A stretch of DNA of 64,000 bases from an uncultured Puniceicoccaceae bacterium (GCA_963933835.1 CAWVVV010000002.1:320001-384000), one strand, 5' to 3'. Counted from the first letter of the stretch, positions 1-12,575 are shown. The notes: generated by a model from the letters alone, not told the origin. Program-made: numbers and translations.

Positions 1-262
1 GGCGGCCTGCCCGAACGCATCAGCGATGCTCTTTACCTCCGCCAAGATGGGGCAGTTGAACTTGCTCCCACAGGGCAAGCCTGAGCGCCACCGCCGCGCA
101 GTGGCGATGGTTGAGCAGATGGACGCCGAAGGTTTCGGCTCCTGCACCAACCTTGGCGAATGTCAGTCTAGCTGCCCGAAAGGCATCAGCCTCGACTTTA
201 TTGCCGCCATGAATCGCGACTATGCCGTCGCGAGCGTGAAGAACTTCTTTGGCGCGCTTTAG
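1..262 (+). CDS. sdhB: Succinate dehydrogenase/fumarate reductase iron-sulfur subunit (3' part, truncated by window edge)
   Basis: AACPNASAMLF...EGFGSCTNLGECQSSCPKGIS Cys cluster typical of the SdhB/FrdB C-terminus. Confidence 0.93.
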   Translation, partial: AACPNASAMLFTSAKMGQLNLLPQGKPERHRRAVAMVEQMDAEGFGSCTNLGECQSSCPKGISLDFIAAMNRDYAVASVKNFFGAL

Positions 263-306
263 GGCTAGATTGACAGCATCAGGTAAGTAGCCAATTTTTC
301 GACGGA

Positions 307-726
307 GTGAAACTGCGGCGAAAGGAGCATCCTGAGGAGGATTTTCAAATGGCCCCCATGATCGACATGGTGTTCCTCCTTCTTGTCTTCTTCATGACCG
401 TCAGCACGCTGGCTCAGGATGAGCGACGCCCCCTCGACCTCGCAGAGAGTGAACGCTCGCAGGCACCCGAAGAGATTCAGAACCGCGGCACTGTTTCGCT
501 CGAATTCGACGCTTCGGAGCAGCTTCAACTTTACCTCGGAGCAACTGCGCTTTCAAAGGAAGAGCTTCGCGCGGCTTTATCTGCCGGCCTTGAAGCCGAC
601 CCAGAACTAGAGGTCAATGTCCGCTCTCCGCATGATATGCCTTTTCGCGAGATCAAGCAGGTGCTGAAACTGTGCGCTGAAGTTGGAGCCTACAAAGTCG
701 TCTACGCAACGTATCAAAAGAGCTGA
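307..726 (+). CDS. exbD: Biopolymer transport protein ExbD/TolR family
   Basis: MAPMIDMVFLLLVFFM signature TM followed by a periplasmic domain; GTG start. Confidence 0.92.
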   Translation: MKLRRKEHPEEDFQMAPMIDMVFLLLVFFMTVSTLAQDERRPLDLAESERSQAPEEIQNRGTVSLEFDASEQLQLYLGATALSKEELRAALSAGLEADPELEVNVRSPHDMPFREIKQVLKLCAEVGAYKVVYATYQKS

Positions 727-731
727 TACCG

Positions 732-1172
732 ATGCCTCTTCTCCGAAAACGAGCTCAAGACAAGCCGAGCATACCCATCGCTCCGATGATCGACTGTGTC
801 TTCCTCATGCTCATCTACTTCATGGTCACGAGCTCGCTTGAGAAACAGGAGGCGGACATCGCCTTCGAGCTCCCCGGAGTGGTGGAGCAATCCGAGCCAC
901 TCGAATTACCCGATGAGCAAATCATCGAAATCGATGCCGTCGGCCAGGTGCTCGTCAACGAATACGCCTACGACGACCCCGCCTCAGGCCGCTACCAAGA
1001 GCTCGCCGCCATGCTCACGCGCTTTCGAGAAGCCTGCGATGCCAACAAAGTCGAATGCATGGTCACGATCGCACCGGACGAAGAAACCACCCAGCAGATG
1101 ATCGTAAAGGTGATGGACGCGATCTCATTTGCCGGCATCGAAGGCGCTAACTTTGCTTTGCTCGAGGAATGA
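732..1172 (+). CDS. exbD: Biopolymer transport protein ExbD/TolR family (second copy)
   Basis: IAPMIDCVFLMLIYFMV signature. Confidence 0.92.
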   Translation: MPLLRKRAQDKPSIPIAPMIDCVFLMLIYFMVTSSLEKQEADIAFELPGVVEQSEPLELPDEQIIEIDAVGQVLVNEYAYDDPASGRYQELAAMLTRFREACDANKVECMVTIAPDEETTQQMIVKVMDAISFAGIEGANFALLEE

Positions 1173-1960
1173 GTGCGCTTCGCCAAAATTTCCCCATCAT
1201 TGTTCTCATCGTGATTGCACTCGGGGCCTTAAAGATTGGGCCCAAGGTTCGCACTGAGCCGATGCCGCCTGCATGGGTGCCGGTGATACGTGAAGAAGCC
1301 CCGCCGAAGGCACCCAAACCGCCAAAGGTTCCAGTCGATGGGGCCTCACTCACGGGTTCGATCGATATCGAGGATGCTTACGATCTCGGCGATCCGATTT
1401 ACATCACTTTGAGCGTCGAGAACACGGGCGTGGTATCGCTCACCGAAGTGATGATCTGGCTGCCTTTACCGGTCGGAACCAACACTGTTCAAGGAGCTCG
1501 CTTCCTTCGTTTTCCGATAAAGCGACTCAAGCCAGGCCAGTCGGTCACCAAGCAAGGGACCCTGGTTCAGCAAATTGCCGGTAAGGTGGCCCTGCAGGCT
1601 CGATTCATTTCAAATGAAAGTCCGGATGCTTCGATCAAGGAAATCGTCAGAATCTCGACCGCCGTCCTCACCATTCTGCCAAATTTTGAGGACGCTCTCA
1701 TCAACGAAGGCGCGTCTGAGCTCTGTTTTACGGTGACGAATCACGGTGGGGCTCCTGCCCGAGATCTTGTCGTTCGTCTTCACGATCTTACCGAAGAGTA
1801 TCTCATTTGGAAAGAGCTTGAGCCCGGCGCTTCGACCGAAGCCTGCTTCGATCTTTCGTCTCTAGTGGCGGGTAAATACGAGCTGACGGCTGAGGCTTCT
1901 GCCTTTGCCGCCGACATCGCTTATTACGAAAACGAGCTCGTCGTCGAAGTGCGGGAATGA
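1169..1960 (+). CDS. Membrane-anchored protein: N-terminal TM, Pro-rich linker, two Ig-like (DUF11/CARDB-like) domains
   Basis: ITLSVENTG...LKPGQS and FTVTNHGGAPA...LEPGAS motifs; ATGA overlap with exbD2. Confidence 0.65.
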   Translation: MSALRQNFPIIVLIVIALGALKIGPKVRTEPMPPAWVPVIREEAPPKAPKPPKVPVDGASLTGSIDIEDAYDLGDPIYITLSVENTGVVSLTEVMIWLPLPVGTNTVQGARFLRFPIKRLKPGQSVTKQGTLVQQIAGKVALQARFISNESPDASIKEIVRISTAVLTILPNFEDALINEGASELCFTVTNHGGAPARDLVVRLHDLTEEYLIWKELEPGASTEACFDLSSLVAGKYELTAEASAFAADIAYYENELVVEVRE

Positions 1961-2014
1961 GGGGGCGGTTCTTTTTGCTTTGCGCGCGGGCCATCGAAGA
2001 ACAGCCTCTGGCGC

Positions 2015-3412
2015 ATGGCTAGTAACTCCCAAGCGACTTGGGGCGGACGCTTCGAAAAAAGCCCCGCCGATCTAATGGTGCAGTTCAGCGAATCCGTCTC
2101 TTTCGATCAGGCGCTCGCTCTCTTTGACATCCAAGGATCACGCGCTCATGCCGCGATGCTTGCGCAGGTGGGCCTTATCTCGTCCGAAGAAGCGGATGCG
2201 ATCGATGCGGGGCTCGCTACCATTGCGACTGAAGTCGAGAACGGCGAAATGGAGTGGGAGGCGCGCTACGAAGACGTCCACATGAACATCGAGCAACGGC
2301 TGACGAGCCGAGTGCCAGCAGCAGCGAAACTGCACACTGCTCGGAGTCGAAACGACCAGGTGGCGACAGACATGCGGCTGTGGTTTCGGTGGGCAGGGGA
2401 AAGCATCGACGCCACCCTCAAGCACTGCATCGCAACACTCCTCAGCCAAGCTGAGAAAACCCAAACAGTTTACATCCCCGGCTACACTCACCTCCAGCGT
2501 GCGCAACCGGTCTCGATGGCCCATCACCTCCTCGCCTATGTTGAGATGCTCGGGCGTGACCGGAAACGGTTCAGTCGGCTCGTTGAAGATGCTCAGTGGT
2601 GTCCTCTCGGCTCGGGTGCGATCGCTGGAACGACATTGCCGATCGATCGCGAACTCACCGCCTCAACGCTCGGTTTTGTTTCCGCCGAAGGCGATTCTCA
2701 GCCCACCCGCAACAGTATGGATGCGATCGCGGACCGGGATCTATTTCACGATTTCGCTCATGCCTGCGCAGTCACTGGCATCCACCTCTCGCGGATGGCG
2801 GAGGATCTTATCCTTTGGACGTCATCAGAATTTGCATACGTAAAGTTCTCTGACGAATACACCACGGGCTCCAGCCTCATGCCTCAGAAGAAAAACCCCG
2901 ACGCGCTCGAATTGATTCGGGGAAAATCGGGACGACTCTGTGGGCATGTGACATCGCTGCTGACGATGGTGAAGGGCCTGCCGCTGACGTATAATCGCGA
3001 CCTACAGGAAGACAAACCACCGGTTTTCGACGCTTTCACCACGCTTTCAGCTTCGCTGGCTGTCATGGCGGGCACAGTTGATGGTATGGCAGTAAATACT
3101 GCGGGCTGTGAGCGGGCAGTGAGCGACCCTGCACTCCTTGCGACCGATGTGGTCGACTATCTCGTCCTGAAGAAGGTTCCTTTCCGCGAAGCGCATCACC
3201 TCATTGGTGCACTCGTGGCAGAGAGCGAAAAAACAGATACGCCCCTTCCTGAGCTTCCTTTTGCCACGGTTTCGGCACTGCATCCAGCCTTCGCAGAAGA
3301 TTGGGTCGAGTGCTTCTCGCTCAGTGCAGCGATGAAGGGCCGTGAGAACACCGGCATGCCGGGACCAGATCAAGTTGCCCAGCAGATCGCGTTCTGGAAG
3401 AAGCAGGGATAG
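2015..3412 (+). CDS. argH: Argininosuccinate lyase
   Basis: [41 protein letters not shown]. Confidence 0.98.
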   Translation: MASNSQATWGGRFEKSPADLMVQFSESVSFDQALALFDIQGSRAHAAMLAQVGLISSEEADAIDAGLATIATEVENGEMEWEARYEDVHMNIEQRLTSRVPAAAKLHTARSRNDQVATDMRLWFRWAGESIDATLKHCIATLLSQAEKTQTVYIPGYTHLQRAQPVSMAHHLLAYVEMLGRDRKRFSRLVEDAQWCPLGSGAIAGTTLPIDRELTASTLGFVSAEGDSQPTRNSMDAIADRDLFHDFAHACAVTGIHLSRMAEDLILWTSSEFAYVKFSDEYTTGSSLMPQKKNPDALELIRGKSGRLCGHVTSLLTMVKGLPLTYNRDLQEDKPPVFDAFTTLSASLAVMAGTVDGMAVNTAGCERAVSDPALLATDVVDYLVLKKVPFREAHHLIGALVAESEKTDTPLPELPFATVSALHPAFAEDWVECFSLSAAMKGRENTGMPGPDQVAQQIAFWKKQG

Positions 3413-3475
3413 TTGGCGGACGGCTGGGGGCAATCGACCCTGCCTTGCACGGTAAATGTTAAGGCTGCCTGTCTC

Positions 3476-3550
3476 AGCGGACCGGCAGGAGCCGATCCCT
3501 CCAAAAACTGATGTCATCCCTTTGGAGGGACCGCGTCCTCGCGGTCCGCT
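3476..3550. repeat. Inverted pair of REP-like palindromic units (3476-3505 reverse, 3521-3550 forward)
   Basis: TTTGGAG-GGAYCG(GC/CG)-TCCT-(GC/CG)CGGTCC-GCT; same unit recurs at 42466-42548. Confidence 0.8.
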
Positions 3551-3609
3551 TACGGTATTATCAGGGCTGCAATGCGCGCGATCAACAGCAGTCAGATCAG
3601 CAGGACACC

Positions 3610-4272
3610 CTAAAACTGCGAACGAAACTGATCAAATTCCTCACGCATCTTTTGCAGGCTGTTTTTCAGTTCAGCGACTTCGGCTTTGAGCTCTTCGATT
3701 TCGAGTTCGCGGGGCGATGGGGCTAGGGGACTTTCGACCTCGGTGACCGCTTCAGCTGCGCTTTTCTCGATGGGTGCTCCGAGCACGTGGGCGTAGCGGA
3801 TGTCCTTTGTTCCGGCTCGATGCGGTAATTCCCGGACAAGGGTTTGGGGCTCAAGCTCACGTTGTTCCATGCCTTCGAGGGTGTCGCGGACTTCATCGAG
3901 ATCACGAAAGGCATGGATGCGTTCGGTGCGCTGACGGAGTTGGCCGAGGCTCTGAGGGCCGCGCAAGAGAAGGACGGTGAGAAGAGCGTATTCTGCTCTA
4001 GTGAGTTCCCAGCTTTCATCTGCCTGGTGGCGATACTTCGGAACGCGGGAGCCAGCCATATCGACTCTGAAGGCTAGGCGTCGGTCGCGAAGTTCGTCGA
4101 GCGCGGCTTCGGCTTCATCATCGTCTAAAGTGGTGACGGGGTCGCGGCTTGTTTTCTGGTTACACCCGAGGGTAAGGCCATTGAGCGAGAGCGGATACTG
4201 GTCAGGCGTCGTTGCCGCCTTTCCCATCAAAACCCCGAGGACGCGCACTTCTGTATCAGATAAATGGGACAT
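3610..4272 (-). CDS. YceH/DUF480 family protein
   Basis: EVRVLGVL..K..TTPDQYPLSLN..CNQKTSRDPV, LLLRGPQ. Confidence 0.92.
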   Translation of the reverse strand: MSHLSDTEVRVLGVLMGKAATTPDQYPLSLNGLTLGCNQKTSRDPVTTLDDDEAEAALDELRDRRLAFRVDMAGSRVPKYRHQADESWELTRAEYALLTVLLLRGPQSLGQLRQRTERIHAFRDLDEVRDTLEGMEQRELEPQTLVRELPHRAGTKDIRYAHVLGAPIEKSAAEAVTEVESPLAPSPRELEIEELKAEVAELKNSLQKMREEFDQFRSQF

Positions 4273-6290
4273 TATAACTTATCCGCGAGACCGGTTAGGT
4301 CAGTTGTTGGTGCGAGGCACTGGGTTCCAATGCAGAGGATGTAGCCATCAGGCTGGTCTGGAGTATCCGAGGCTATGAAGAAACAGCGGCGGTAGGGTTT
4401 GCCCGCTACGGCTTGGCGTAGCTCCTCCAAGTCCGCCTTGGGAGAAGCCTTGATCGTGGCGACACCGGTGACGGCTCGGGTGATGCCGTCCATCGCATGG
4501 CCGATGGCATGAGGTGCGCGCTCGATGTAGCCGGGGTAGGCGGCACTCATTGCGCGCCAAGCGGTGTCCCAGTGAGATTCTCCAGTGAGCTGGGCAAGGT
4601 CGCGCGCGACGTGAACAAGGCAGCTGTGTCCGGCGGGGACTGCGTTGTCGAACCACTCCTTCTTGCGCTGGAGGACATCGCTTTGCTCAGCGTCAGTGAA
4701 GTAATAGCCGAGCGCGCTTTTGTCTTTGAAACGGGCTTCAACCGTTTCCCAGATCTTCTGTGCCCGCTTGATGTATTGATGCGCGGTTCCAGGCTGTGCC
4801 CAGTCGATGTAAGCAGCGACACTCAGGCAGGCTTCGGCGTAGGTCGCAAAGTCATCGATCACCGCAGTGCCAAAACCATCTTTTTCGTAGGCCCCGCGCT
4901 GCATGTGGAGCAGGCCGCTGTCTTCGACGATCAGATTGTTCCAGACCCAGTCGACGATCTCAACAGCACGAGCAAGCCAGTCTTTGCGGCCAAAGGTCCA
5001 AGCGGCTTCAGCGAGCCCGTTCGCGACGAGGGAATTCCAAGCAACAAGCCGCTTTTCATCTCGACCAGGGGCGGGGCGGCTTTCACGTGCTAAAAGTAGT
5101 TTCCCACGCTGTTCCGCGAGCGCTTCGCGCTCAGTGAATTCTGGTTCTAGGAGGATAGGCTGGCTCCAGCCTTTCTCGAAGTTGCCTTCTTCGGTGATGC
5201 CGTAGGCGTGGGCGACACGTTCAGCATCGTTTTTGCCGAGAGTGGCGTCGAGGGACTCTGGATTCCACACGTAGTAGCTGCCTTCGCCGCCTTCGCTGTC
5301 GGCGTCGAGCGCGCTGTAGTAGCCGCCTTCAGGTGCGGCCATTTCGCGTTCAAGCCACCCGATGGTTTCTTCGACGATCACTTTGTAGAGAGGTTTTGGA
5401 TACGATCGGTAGGCGCGACTGTAGGTCGTGAGGAGGAGCCCATTGTCATAGAGCATCTTCTCAAAGTGAGGGATGATCCAATGCTGATCGACGCAGTAGC
5501 GGGAGAAGCCGCCGCCGAACTGATCGTATAGCCCACCATGCGCCATTGCGGTCAGAGTCGTGTTGATCACTTCGTCAATACGCGTCGCAAGGGCTGGTTG
5601 ACGAACGTCGACCGTTTCCGTTTGTCGCAGCGCGAGGAGGAAATCGAGTGTCATCGACGGCGGAAACTTCGGTGCGCTGCCGAAGCCGCCGTAGGTGTCG
5701 TCGTGCGAATCGAGAATGGTTTTTGCGCCCGCGAGGAGCGCGCTGGGCTCGAGTGGATCGCCGGTGATGGCGACAGGCAGATCACCTGCGCCGATATTTT
5801 TCATCACGGAGTCAGCATTCTCTTCGAGGTCGGAACGGCTGCGTTTGAAAAAGTCACTGACGCGCACGATAAGCTGCGGCCATGGCACGCTACCACCGCC
5901 GCGTTTCTCATCCGGCGGGAAGTAGGTGCCGCCGGCAAAAGGCCGCCCGTCGGGGAGACAGAAGGCATTCAGTGGCCAGCCGCCATGCCCCCCGTTCATC
6001 ATCTGCACCGCCTCCATGTAGAGGTGATCGAGGTCGGGGCGTTCTTCTCGGTCGACCTTGATGCAGACAAAGTGCTCGTTCATGAGCCCTGCAATGAAAG
6101 GATCTTCAAAGCTTTCGTGCGCCATGACGTGGCACCAGTGGCAGGCACTGTAGCCGATCGAGACGATGATCGGCTTGGACTCCTTTTGGGCGCGATCAAG
6201 GGCTTCGGCCCCCCACGGATACCAATCGACGGGATTGTCGGCGTGTTGCCGGAGATAGAGTGAGGAGGCGTCTGCTAGGCGATTAGGCAT
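4272..6290 (-). CDS. YyaL/SSP411-like thioredoxin-domain plus alpha/alpha-barrel protein
   Basis: [46 protein letters not shown]. Confidence 0.95.
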   Translation of the reverse strand: MPNRLADASSLYLRQHADNPVDWYPWGAEALDRAQKESKPIIVSIGYSACHWCHVMAHESFEDPFIAGLMNEHFVCIKVDREERPDLDHLYMEAVQMMNGGHGGWPLNAFCLPDGRPFAGGTYFPPDEKRGGGSVPWPQLIVRVSDFFKRSRSDLEENADSVMKNIGAGDLPVAITGDPLEPSALLAGAKTILDSHDDTYGGFGSAPKFPPSMTLDFLLALRQTETVDVRQPALATRIDEVINTTLTAMAHGGLYDQFGGGFSRYCVDQHWIIPHFEKMLYDNGLLLTTYSRAYRSYPKPLYKVIVEETIGWLEREMAAPEGGYYSALDADSEGGEGSYYVWNPESLDATLGKNDAERVAHAYGITEEGNFEKGWSQPILLEPEFTEREALAEQRGKLLLARESRPAPGRDEKRLVAWNSLVANGLAEAAWTFGRKDWLARAVEIVDWVWNNLIVEDSGLLHMQRGAYEKDGFGTAVIDDFATYAEACLSVAAYIDWAQPGTAHQYIKRAQKIWETVEARFKDKSALGYYFTDAEQSDVLQRKKEWFDNAVPAGHSCLVHVARDLAQLTGESHWDTAWRAMSAAYPGYIERAPHAIGHAMDGITRAVTGVATIKASPKADLEELRQAVAGKPYRRCFFIASDTPDQPDGYILCIGTQCLAPTTDLTGLADKL

Positions 6291-6358
6291 TGGGTCGAAA
6301 TGTAAGGTGGCGATCTAGTTCTGTTTGGCAACCGTAGCCGAGACTTCCCTGAAAGCAC

Positions 6359-6394
6359 AAAAAAGCCCCCGGAAGAAAGACTTCCGGAGGCTTT
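6359..6394 (-). terminator. Rho-independent terminator of eno
   Basis: Minus strand AAAGCCTCCGGAAG-tcttt-CTTCCGGGGGCTTT followed by a T run, just after the eno stop. Confidence 0.85.
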
Positions 6395-6418
6395 GAAATA
6401 ATTGGATACGAATGAAGT

Positions 6419-7729
<1,311 letters not shown>

Positions 7730-7906
7730 TTATGTTTGGAGAAAAGTTAAAGTATGAGTGGGGCGGTTCTTGGCTTGTGGCTTTGCTCTGTCAATCCAGC
7801 AGGTAAGAGTTTCGCCCCTAAATGGAGTCTGGCTGGGAATTTGATCCCGTAGCGGTCCTATATCGAGATCGTCAAATGGATCAAGGTGCTCCCCGCTACG
7901 TTCGTG

Positions 7907-9759
7907 CTACTTAGCAACGGTGGATTCGATCCTCCCCTTGAGCTTCAGTTCTTTCGCTATGAGGTCGTGGAGATCGTGGCCGTGATAAGGTTTAGGTAGA
8001 AATTTAACCGAGTCGAAACACGGCCAGTTTCGACCGATCATATTCATGTTATAAGCACTGGTGAGGATAAATAGGGTGTCTGGCAGAAGGTCTCTCGCTT
8101 GTTCGATGAGCTGCTTCCCTGTAAGCCGAGGCATGGTATGATCCGTCACGACGGCATCAAAGGATTGATCGCTCAGCTCGATCGCATCGAGCGCGGCTTG
8201 GCCGTCGGCAACGGAGGTAATCTCGAAGCCCCGTGTATCCAGATAGCTAGACATCGCCATGCGGAGGAGCTCTTCATCTTCCACAAAAAGGATACGGAAG
8301 GGTTTCCCGTCGGCGCCGGTTGGGGCATTTTCACTGGAGGGTTTGGCACTTTGCCCACTCACGACACTCGGCATCCAGATGTCGAATTGCGTGCCGACAC
8401 CTTCTTCACTTTCGACGGTGATTTTACCGCCGTTCTCGTGCACGAGATTCTCGACCGCGTTTAGGCCGAGGCCGTTCCCTTCCGGACCTTTGGTCGTGTA
8501 GAAGGCGCGGAAGATCTTCTTTTTACTTCAGGGGCCATGCCGACGCCTGTATCAATAAAGCTGATACACACCCAGTTCGCTGAGGCTTTGTCGATTTCTT
8601 CTCCATGGAGCTCGGAGGGCAGGGCCTTTGTCTCGGCCTTGATCGTAAGATTTCCGCCCTTCGCGGCCATGGCGTCACGCGCGTTGACGGTGAGGTTAAT
8701 AAAAATCTGATTGAGCATGCCAGGCCCGATCGAGACAAAGCCCTCTTCTTTGGGGACCTGCAGATCGAGTTCGATATGTTCCCCAAGAAGGCGACTCAAG
8801 ACGTCGCGATTAGTTTTGAGGTAGTTTGTTAGCTCAGTCTCCCCGTCCAGCGGTGCCTGATGCGGATTAAAGGTCATGAGGTCCTGCACGAGGCTCTTTC
8901 CACGGCGGGTGGCTGTGAGGATATTGCGCGCGAGGTCATTCTCTGGGTCACGCAACATCATGAGCTCGATATTTGCCTGTACCGCGGCGAGCAGGTTATT
9001 GAACTCATGAGCGATGCCTGATGAAAGCTCGCCCACTGCGACCATTCTTTCGCGTTCATACGTCCCGCGCTGGAGGCTGCCTTCGCCGGTTATGTTACGC
9101 AGGGTACAAAGGTGAAGATAGCGTCCACGTTCTCGAGTGAAGGCGACACGTGTTTCCACGACGGTCGTCTCACCTTCAGGTTGCGAGACATTGATGCGTC
9201 CGACGTGATCGGTATCGAGCTCGTGGGGCCATTCTGATCCGGTGAGTTCTTCCAGCGGTGAATTGAGGATTTTGGTCGCGGCGCGATTGGCAAAAACGAC
9301 CTTCTTGTCTTCCCCGATCGCGACGATGCCCTCGGTCGTATTTTCGAGGATGTGGTTTAGGCGGGTGTGCTCCGAACGGAGGTCAGCGGCCAGTTTGTGC
9401 CGTTCAAGCGAGTTACGTATACTGCGCTGAAGGAGCGCGATGCTGTAGTCCTCCTTGGAGAGGCAGTCCTGTGCTCCTGCCTGCATCGCGCCGAGTCCAA
9501 GCTCTTCAGTCTCGATCTCGGTGAGGACAATAATGGGGGTCCTAGGAAAAATCTTTTGTGCCTGAGCCAGCGTCTCAAGCCCACGTGATCCGGGAAGGTT
9601 GAGATCGAGGAGGAGGAGGTCCCAACCGGCGCTTTTTTTCGATGCCGCCACTGACAGACTCTCAACAAAATCCGTGAAGATCGGATCCGTTATGCAGCTG
9701 AAGCGCTGTTTTAGAAGGATACGATCAGTAGAGTTATCCTCAACGACAAGGATACGCAT
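7907..9759 (-). pseudogene. Hybrid sensor histidine kinase/response regulator (REC-PAS-HisKA-HATPase-REC), split by a 1-nt frameshift near 8520-8524
   Basis: MRILVVEDN...DLNLP; IAHEFNNLL; N-box LTVNARDAM; DTGVGM, then KKIFRAFYTTKGPEGNGLGL in the other frame continuing into ORF 7907..8443; may be an intact gene with a sequencing error. Confidence 0.85.
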
Positions 9760-9934
9760 ACGTCTACTCAGTGTGTTTTTATCCGCCAAAGCTCTTATTA
9801 AAAGTGTGAGTGGTTTTTCCTTTAAATAGCCGCCGGTGCCGGTTTGAAAGACTAAAATCATGGATGTGAATTCCGTAAATGTGCTCTACGATCTCTGTCT
9901 TGTCTTCTTCGAGGGATGAATCAGATTTGTCGCG

Positions 9935-10687
9935 ATGACGGATCCCCGCATTCAGCCTCCCGATGACACCGTAGTGATGGTGCCTGCTCGCCTAGCTTCC
10001 CAACGTTTCCCGCGGAAGTTACTCTATGAAATCGAAGGTCGTCCGCTCATTCTCTGGACGGCTGATCGCCTAAAGTCAGAACTGCCGGGCTGGCGGGTTG
10101 TTTACGCGGTGGCCGATGAAGAGCTCCAGTCAGTTTTAGAGGCGGAGGGCTGCGAGACGGTGATGACGGATCCGGCACTGGCGAGTGGAACAGACCGCTT
10201 GGCCGCAGCAAACAAGGAGGTCGGTGCTCGGTATGTGATCAATGTGCAGGCAGACGAGCCCCTCGTTAAGGGCTCTGAGGTGCGGCTTCTCGCTGAGCTC
10301 GTACAAGGTGATTTCGATATCTCAACGCTAGCGACCCCTTTCCGCTCACACGAAGACTTCCTCAACCCAAACCGCGTCAAAGTTATCTGTGATGGCGACG
10401 GGCGTGCCTTCTATTTCTCACGGAGTCCGATCCCGCATAGTCGCGATGGTGACGAGCTCGGGGGGGGCGAAGGATTTTGGCACCTTGGGCTTTACGCCTA
10501 TCGGGCGGAGGCGCTGGAGCGATTTTCTAGCTTACCTCCATCGCGCCTCGAATCGATCGAGAAACTTGAGCAGCTCCGTGCTCTGGAAAATGGACTGCGG
10601 ATCGGCGTTGGTGTCGTCGAAGAGGGTGGAATCGGAATCGATACCCTCGAAGACGTGGAGCGATTTTTAGCGGCAATGAAATCCTGA
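9935..10687 (+). CDS. kdsB: 3-deoxy-manno-octulosonate cytidylyltransferase (CMP-KDO synthetase)
   Basis: PARLASQRFPRK, SGTDR, NVQADEP, YFSRSPIP, EKLEQLRALENG. Confidence 0.97.
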   Translation: MTDPRIQPPDDTVVMVPARLASQRFPRKLLYEIEGRPLILWTADRLKSELPGWRVVYAVADEELQSVLEAEGCETVMTDPALASGTDRLAAANKEVGARYVINVQADEPLVKGSEVRLLAELVQGDFDISTLATPFRSHEDFLNPNRVKVICDGDGRAFYFSRSPIPHSRDGDELGGGEGFWHLGLYAYRAEALERFSSLPPSRLESIEKLEQLRALENGLRIGVGVVEEGGIGIDTLEDVERFLAAMKS

Positions 10688-10823
10688 CGGGGGCTGTATC
10701 AATAAAAGGTAGCGCCACATCTTCTGTAGCGCTACCTCACTATTGTAGTCAGTGAATCTCTACACCCTACATGAAATCCACCGTCACTATAATACCTCTC
10801 TACTCTAAAAAGTTACGACGTCA

Positions 10824-11009
10824 CTAGTTGTAATTGGGAACACTTACGGCGTGCTTATTCAGTGTCAGGCCGAGCTGGTGTTCGTATTCGAGGACTGCCT
10901 GCGGTGATTGCACACCGATGACTTCAAAGTCTTCTGGTTCGAAAAGAAAGCGACCAGATGCGATGATGTCAGGGTTATCGTCGGCGATGAGAAGGCGTTG
11001 GGCTGACAT
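10824..11009 (-). pseudogene. Truncated response-regulator receiver-domain fragment
   Basis: MSAQRLLIADDNPDI...FLFEPEDFEV...SPQAVL matches the start of a REC domain, then the ORF ends at 61 aa before the phosphoacceptor Asp. Confidence 0.65.
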
Positions 11010-11092
11010 ATCAGAACAGGGGGCAATAACGGATGCCCAAAATGAAAGTACCTCTAGCTTGAGCTTTGGCCTAACGAAGCCAAGCCACAAGA

Positions 11093-12253
11093 TTAGGCCT
11101 CCGCAGCACCTGCGACCAAGTCGTAGAAATGGGCAAAGAGCGGGTCGCTGTCGTGTGGCCCTGGTGAGGCCTCTGGGTGGTACTGCACACTGAAGACCGG
11201 AAGGTCCTTGTGGCGAATACCGGCGACGGTTTGGTCGTTGAGATTGTATTCGGTTACGACCGCTCCACAGCCCTCAAGGGCTTCCTTCGTCGACGCGAAG
11301 CCATGGTTCTGGGCGGTGATCGAGACGACGCCCGTTTCGATATTCTTCACCGGCTGGTTGCCGCCACGGTGACCAAAGGGCAGCTTCATCGTCTCGGCTC
11401 CGAGAGCGTGTGTGATGACCTGATGACCCATGCAGATACCAAACATCGGGTAGTCGGGCATGAGTTCGGCGATGGTTTTGTGCGCGTAGGTGACCGCAGA
11501 TGGATCGCCTGGTCCGTTTGAAATAAAGACTCCCTTTGGGTTCAGCTCGCGCACTTTCGCTGCTGGCGTATCGGCGGGCACGACCGTCACATCAAAGCCG
11601 TGGCGGGCGAGCTTGCGCAGGATGTTCGTCTTCACGCCCATGTCGAAAGCGACGATGGGGAAGCGCTCGGTGCGCTCTGGAGAGCCTTCGAGTTGAGTGC
11701 CGGGAACGGTGAAGGGCTCGATCTCTTCGCCCGGGTCGTAGGTGTAAATTTCTTTCGTGGTGACTTCTTTGACATAATCGACGCCAACGAGTCCTTCCCA
11801 GTTTTTTGCCTTTTCAACCGCTTCTTCTGCACTGATGCCCTCAGTGCTGAGGCAAGCTTTGAGTGCTCCGTGGACGCGGATCAGCTTTGTGATCGCCCGT
11901 GTGTCGACGCCGCTGATGCCTGGGATGTCGTGCTCCGCGAGGTAGTCGCCGAGCGGCATGCTGCTGCGCCAATTGCTGACGATCGGGCTCAACTCGCGGC
12001 AGACAAAACCAGTGGCTTTCGGTCCGTTGCTCTCAACGTCTTCAAGGTTCACCCCGTAGTTACCAATCATCGGGGTCGTCATCGTGATGATCTGCCCTAA
12101 GTAGGAGGGATCAGTGAGGATTTCCTGATAACCGGTCATCGAAGTATTGAAGACCCCTTCACCTACGACCGTCCGCTTGGCACCAAAGGCAAAGCCCTCA
12201 AAAACACTCCCATCTTCGAAGGCGAGAACCGCGCGATCATTTAATGTAACCAT
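11093..12253 (-). CDS. carA: Carbamoyl-phosphate synthase small subunit
   Basis: [42 protein letters not shown]; real start taken as MVTLND (the ORF extension runs through the tRNA). Confidence 0.97.
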   Translation of the reverse strand: MVTLNDRAVLAFEDGSVFEGFAFGAKRTVVGEGVFNTSMTGYQEILTDPSYLGQIITMTTPMIGNYGVNLEDVESNGPKATGFVCRELSPIVSNWRSSMPLGDYLAEHDIPGISGVDTRAITKLIRVHGALKACLSTEGISAEEAVEKAKNWEGLVGVDYVKEVTTKEIYTYDPGEEIEPFTVPGTQLEGSPERTERFPIVAFDMGVKTNILRKLARHGFDVTVVPADTPAAKVRELNPKGVFISNGPGDPSAVTYAHKTIAELMPDYPMFGICMGHQVITHALGAETMKLPFGHRGGNQPVKNIETGVVSITAQNHGFASTKEALEGCGAVVTEYNLNDQTVAGIRHKDLPVFSVQYHPEASPGPHDSDPLFAHFYDLVAGAAEA

Positions 12254-12370
12254 TAAAGCAAAACCGTGATACGGCTCCGCACTCCTCCGCAACCCGAAAA
12301 ACGAAGATCGGGAGAAATTACTTTCAAGTTGACGAAGCCCAGAACTCAGCCTTCTTTCCTCACCTTTTCT

Positions 12371-12446
12371 GGGGCCGTAGCTCAGTTGGAAGAGCGCTTG
12401 CATGGCATGCAAGAGGTCGACGGTTCGATCCCGTTCGGCTCCACCA
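12371..12446 (+). tRNA. tRNA-Ala (anticodon GGC)
   Basis: GGGGCCGTAGCTCAGTTGGAAGAGCG-CTTGC-ATGGCAT-GCAAG-AGGTC-GACGGTTCGATCCCGTT-CGGCTCCACCA; 76 nt, G3:U70 Ala identity pair, encoded CCA. Confidence 0.98.
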
Positions 12447-12575
12447 ATCTTCGTTTCGAGCGAAGCGGTGGAAACGAAGACTGCCTCGGCGTAGTGCGCG
12501 CAGCGCAGTAGCCGGGCCTCTGAAACAAAATTGAATTCGCTCTCCTCTACGCCCGGGCAAGCCATTGAGCTAGGT

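Noticed and set aside
6400..6410. Recurrent TTGGATAC octamer (also near 22527, 27701, 42035)
   Set aside because: Inconsistent position and orientation, one copy is coding; compatible with chance
7848..7900. CGTAGCGG...CCGCTACG inverted ends as a GTAG-type REPIN
   Set aside because: Only 8 bp match, internal palindromes are not convincing, and it is a single occurrence
8515..8530. Programmed -1 ribosomal frameshift in the kinase gene
   Set aside because: In-frame context A-AAA-AGA is not a proper X-XXY-YYZ slippery site, and the truncated product would lack the G2 box; an indel error is more parsimonious
10707..10800. Hairpin AGGTAGCGC...GCGCTACCT and a looser inverted repeat after kdsB as a MITE
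   Set aside because: No second copy or target-site duplication in the window; adequately explained as a terminator-like stem between convergent genes
12254..12565. N-terminal 104-aa extension of CarA in the ORF track
   Set aside because: Runs antisense through tRNA-Ala; CarA similarity begins at [10 protein letters not shown] (12253)
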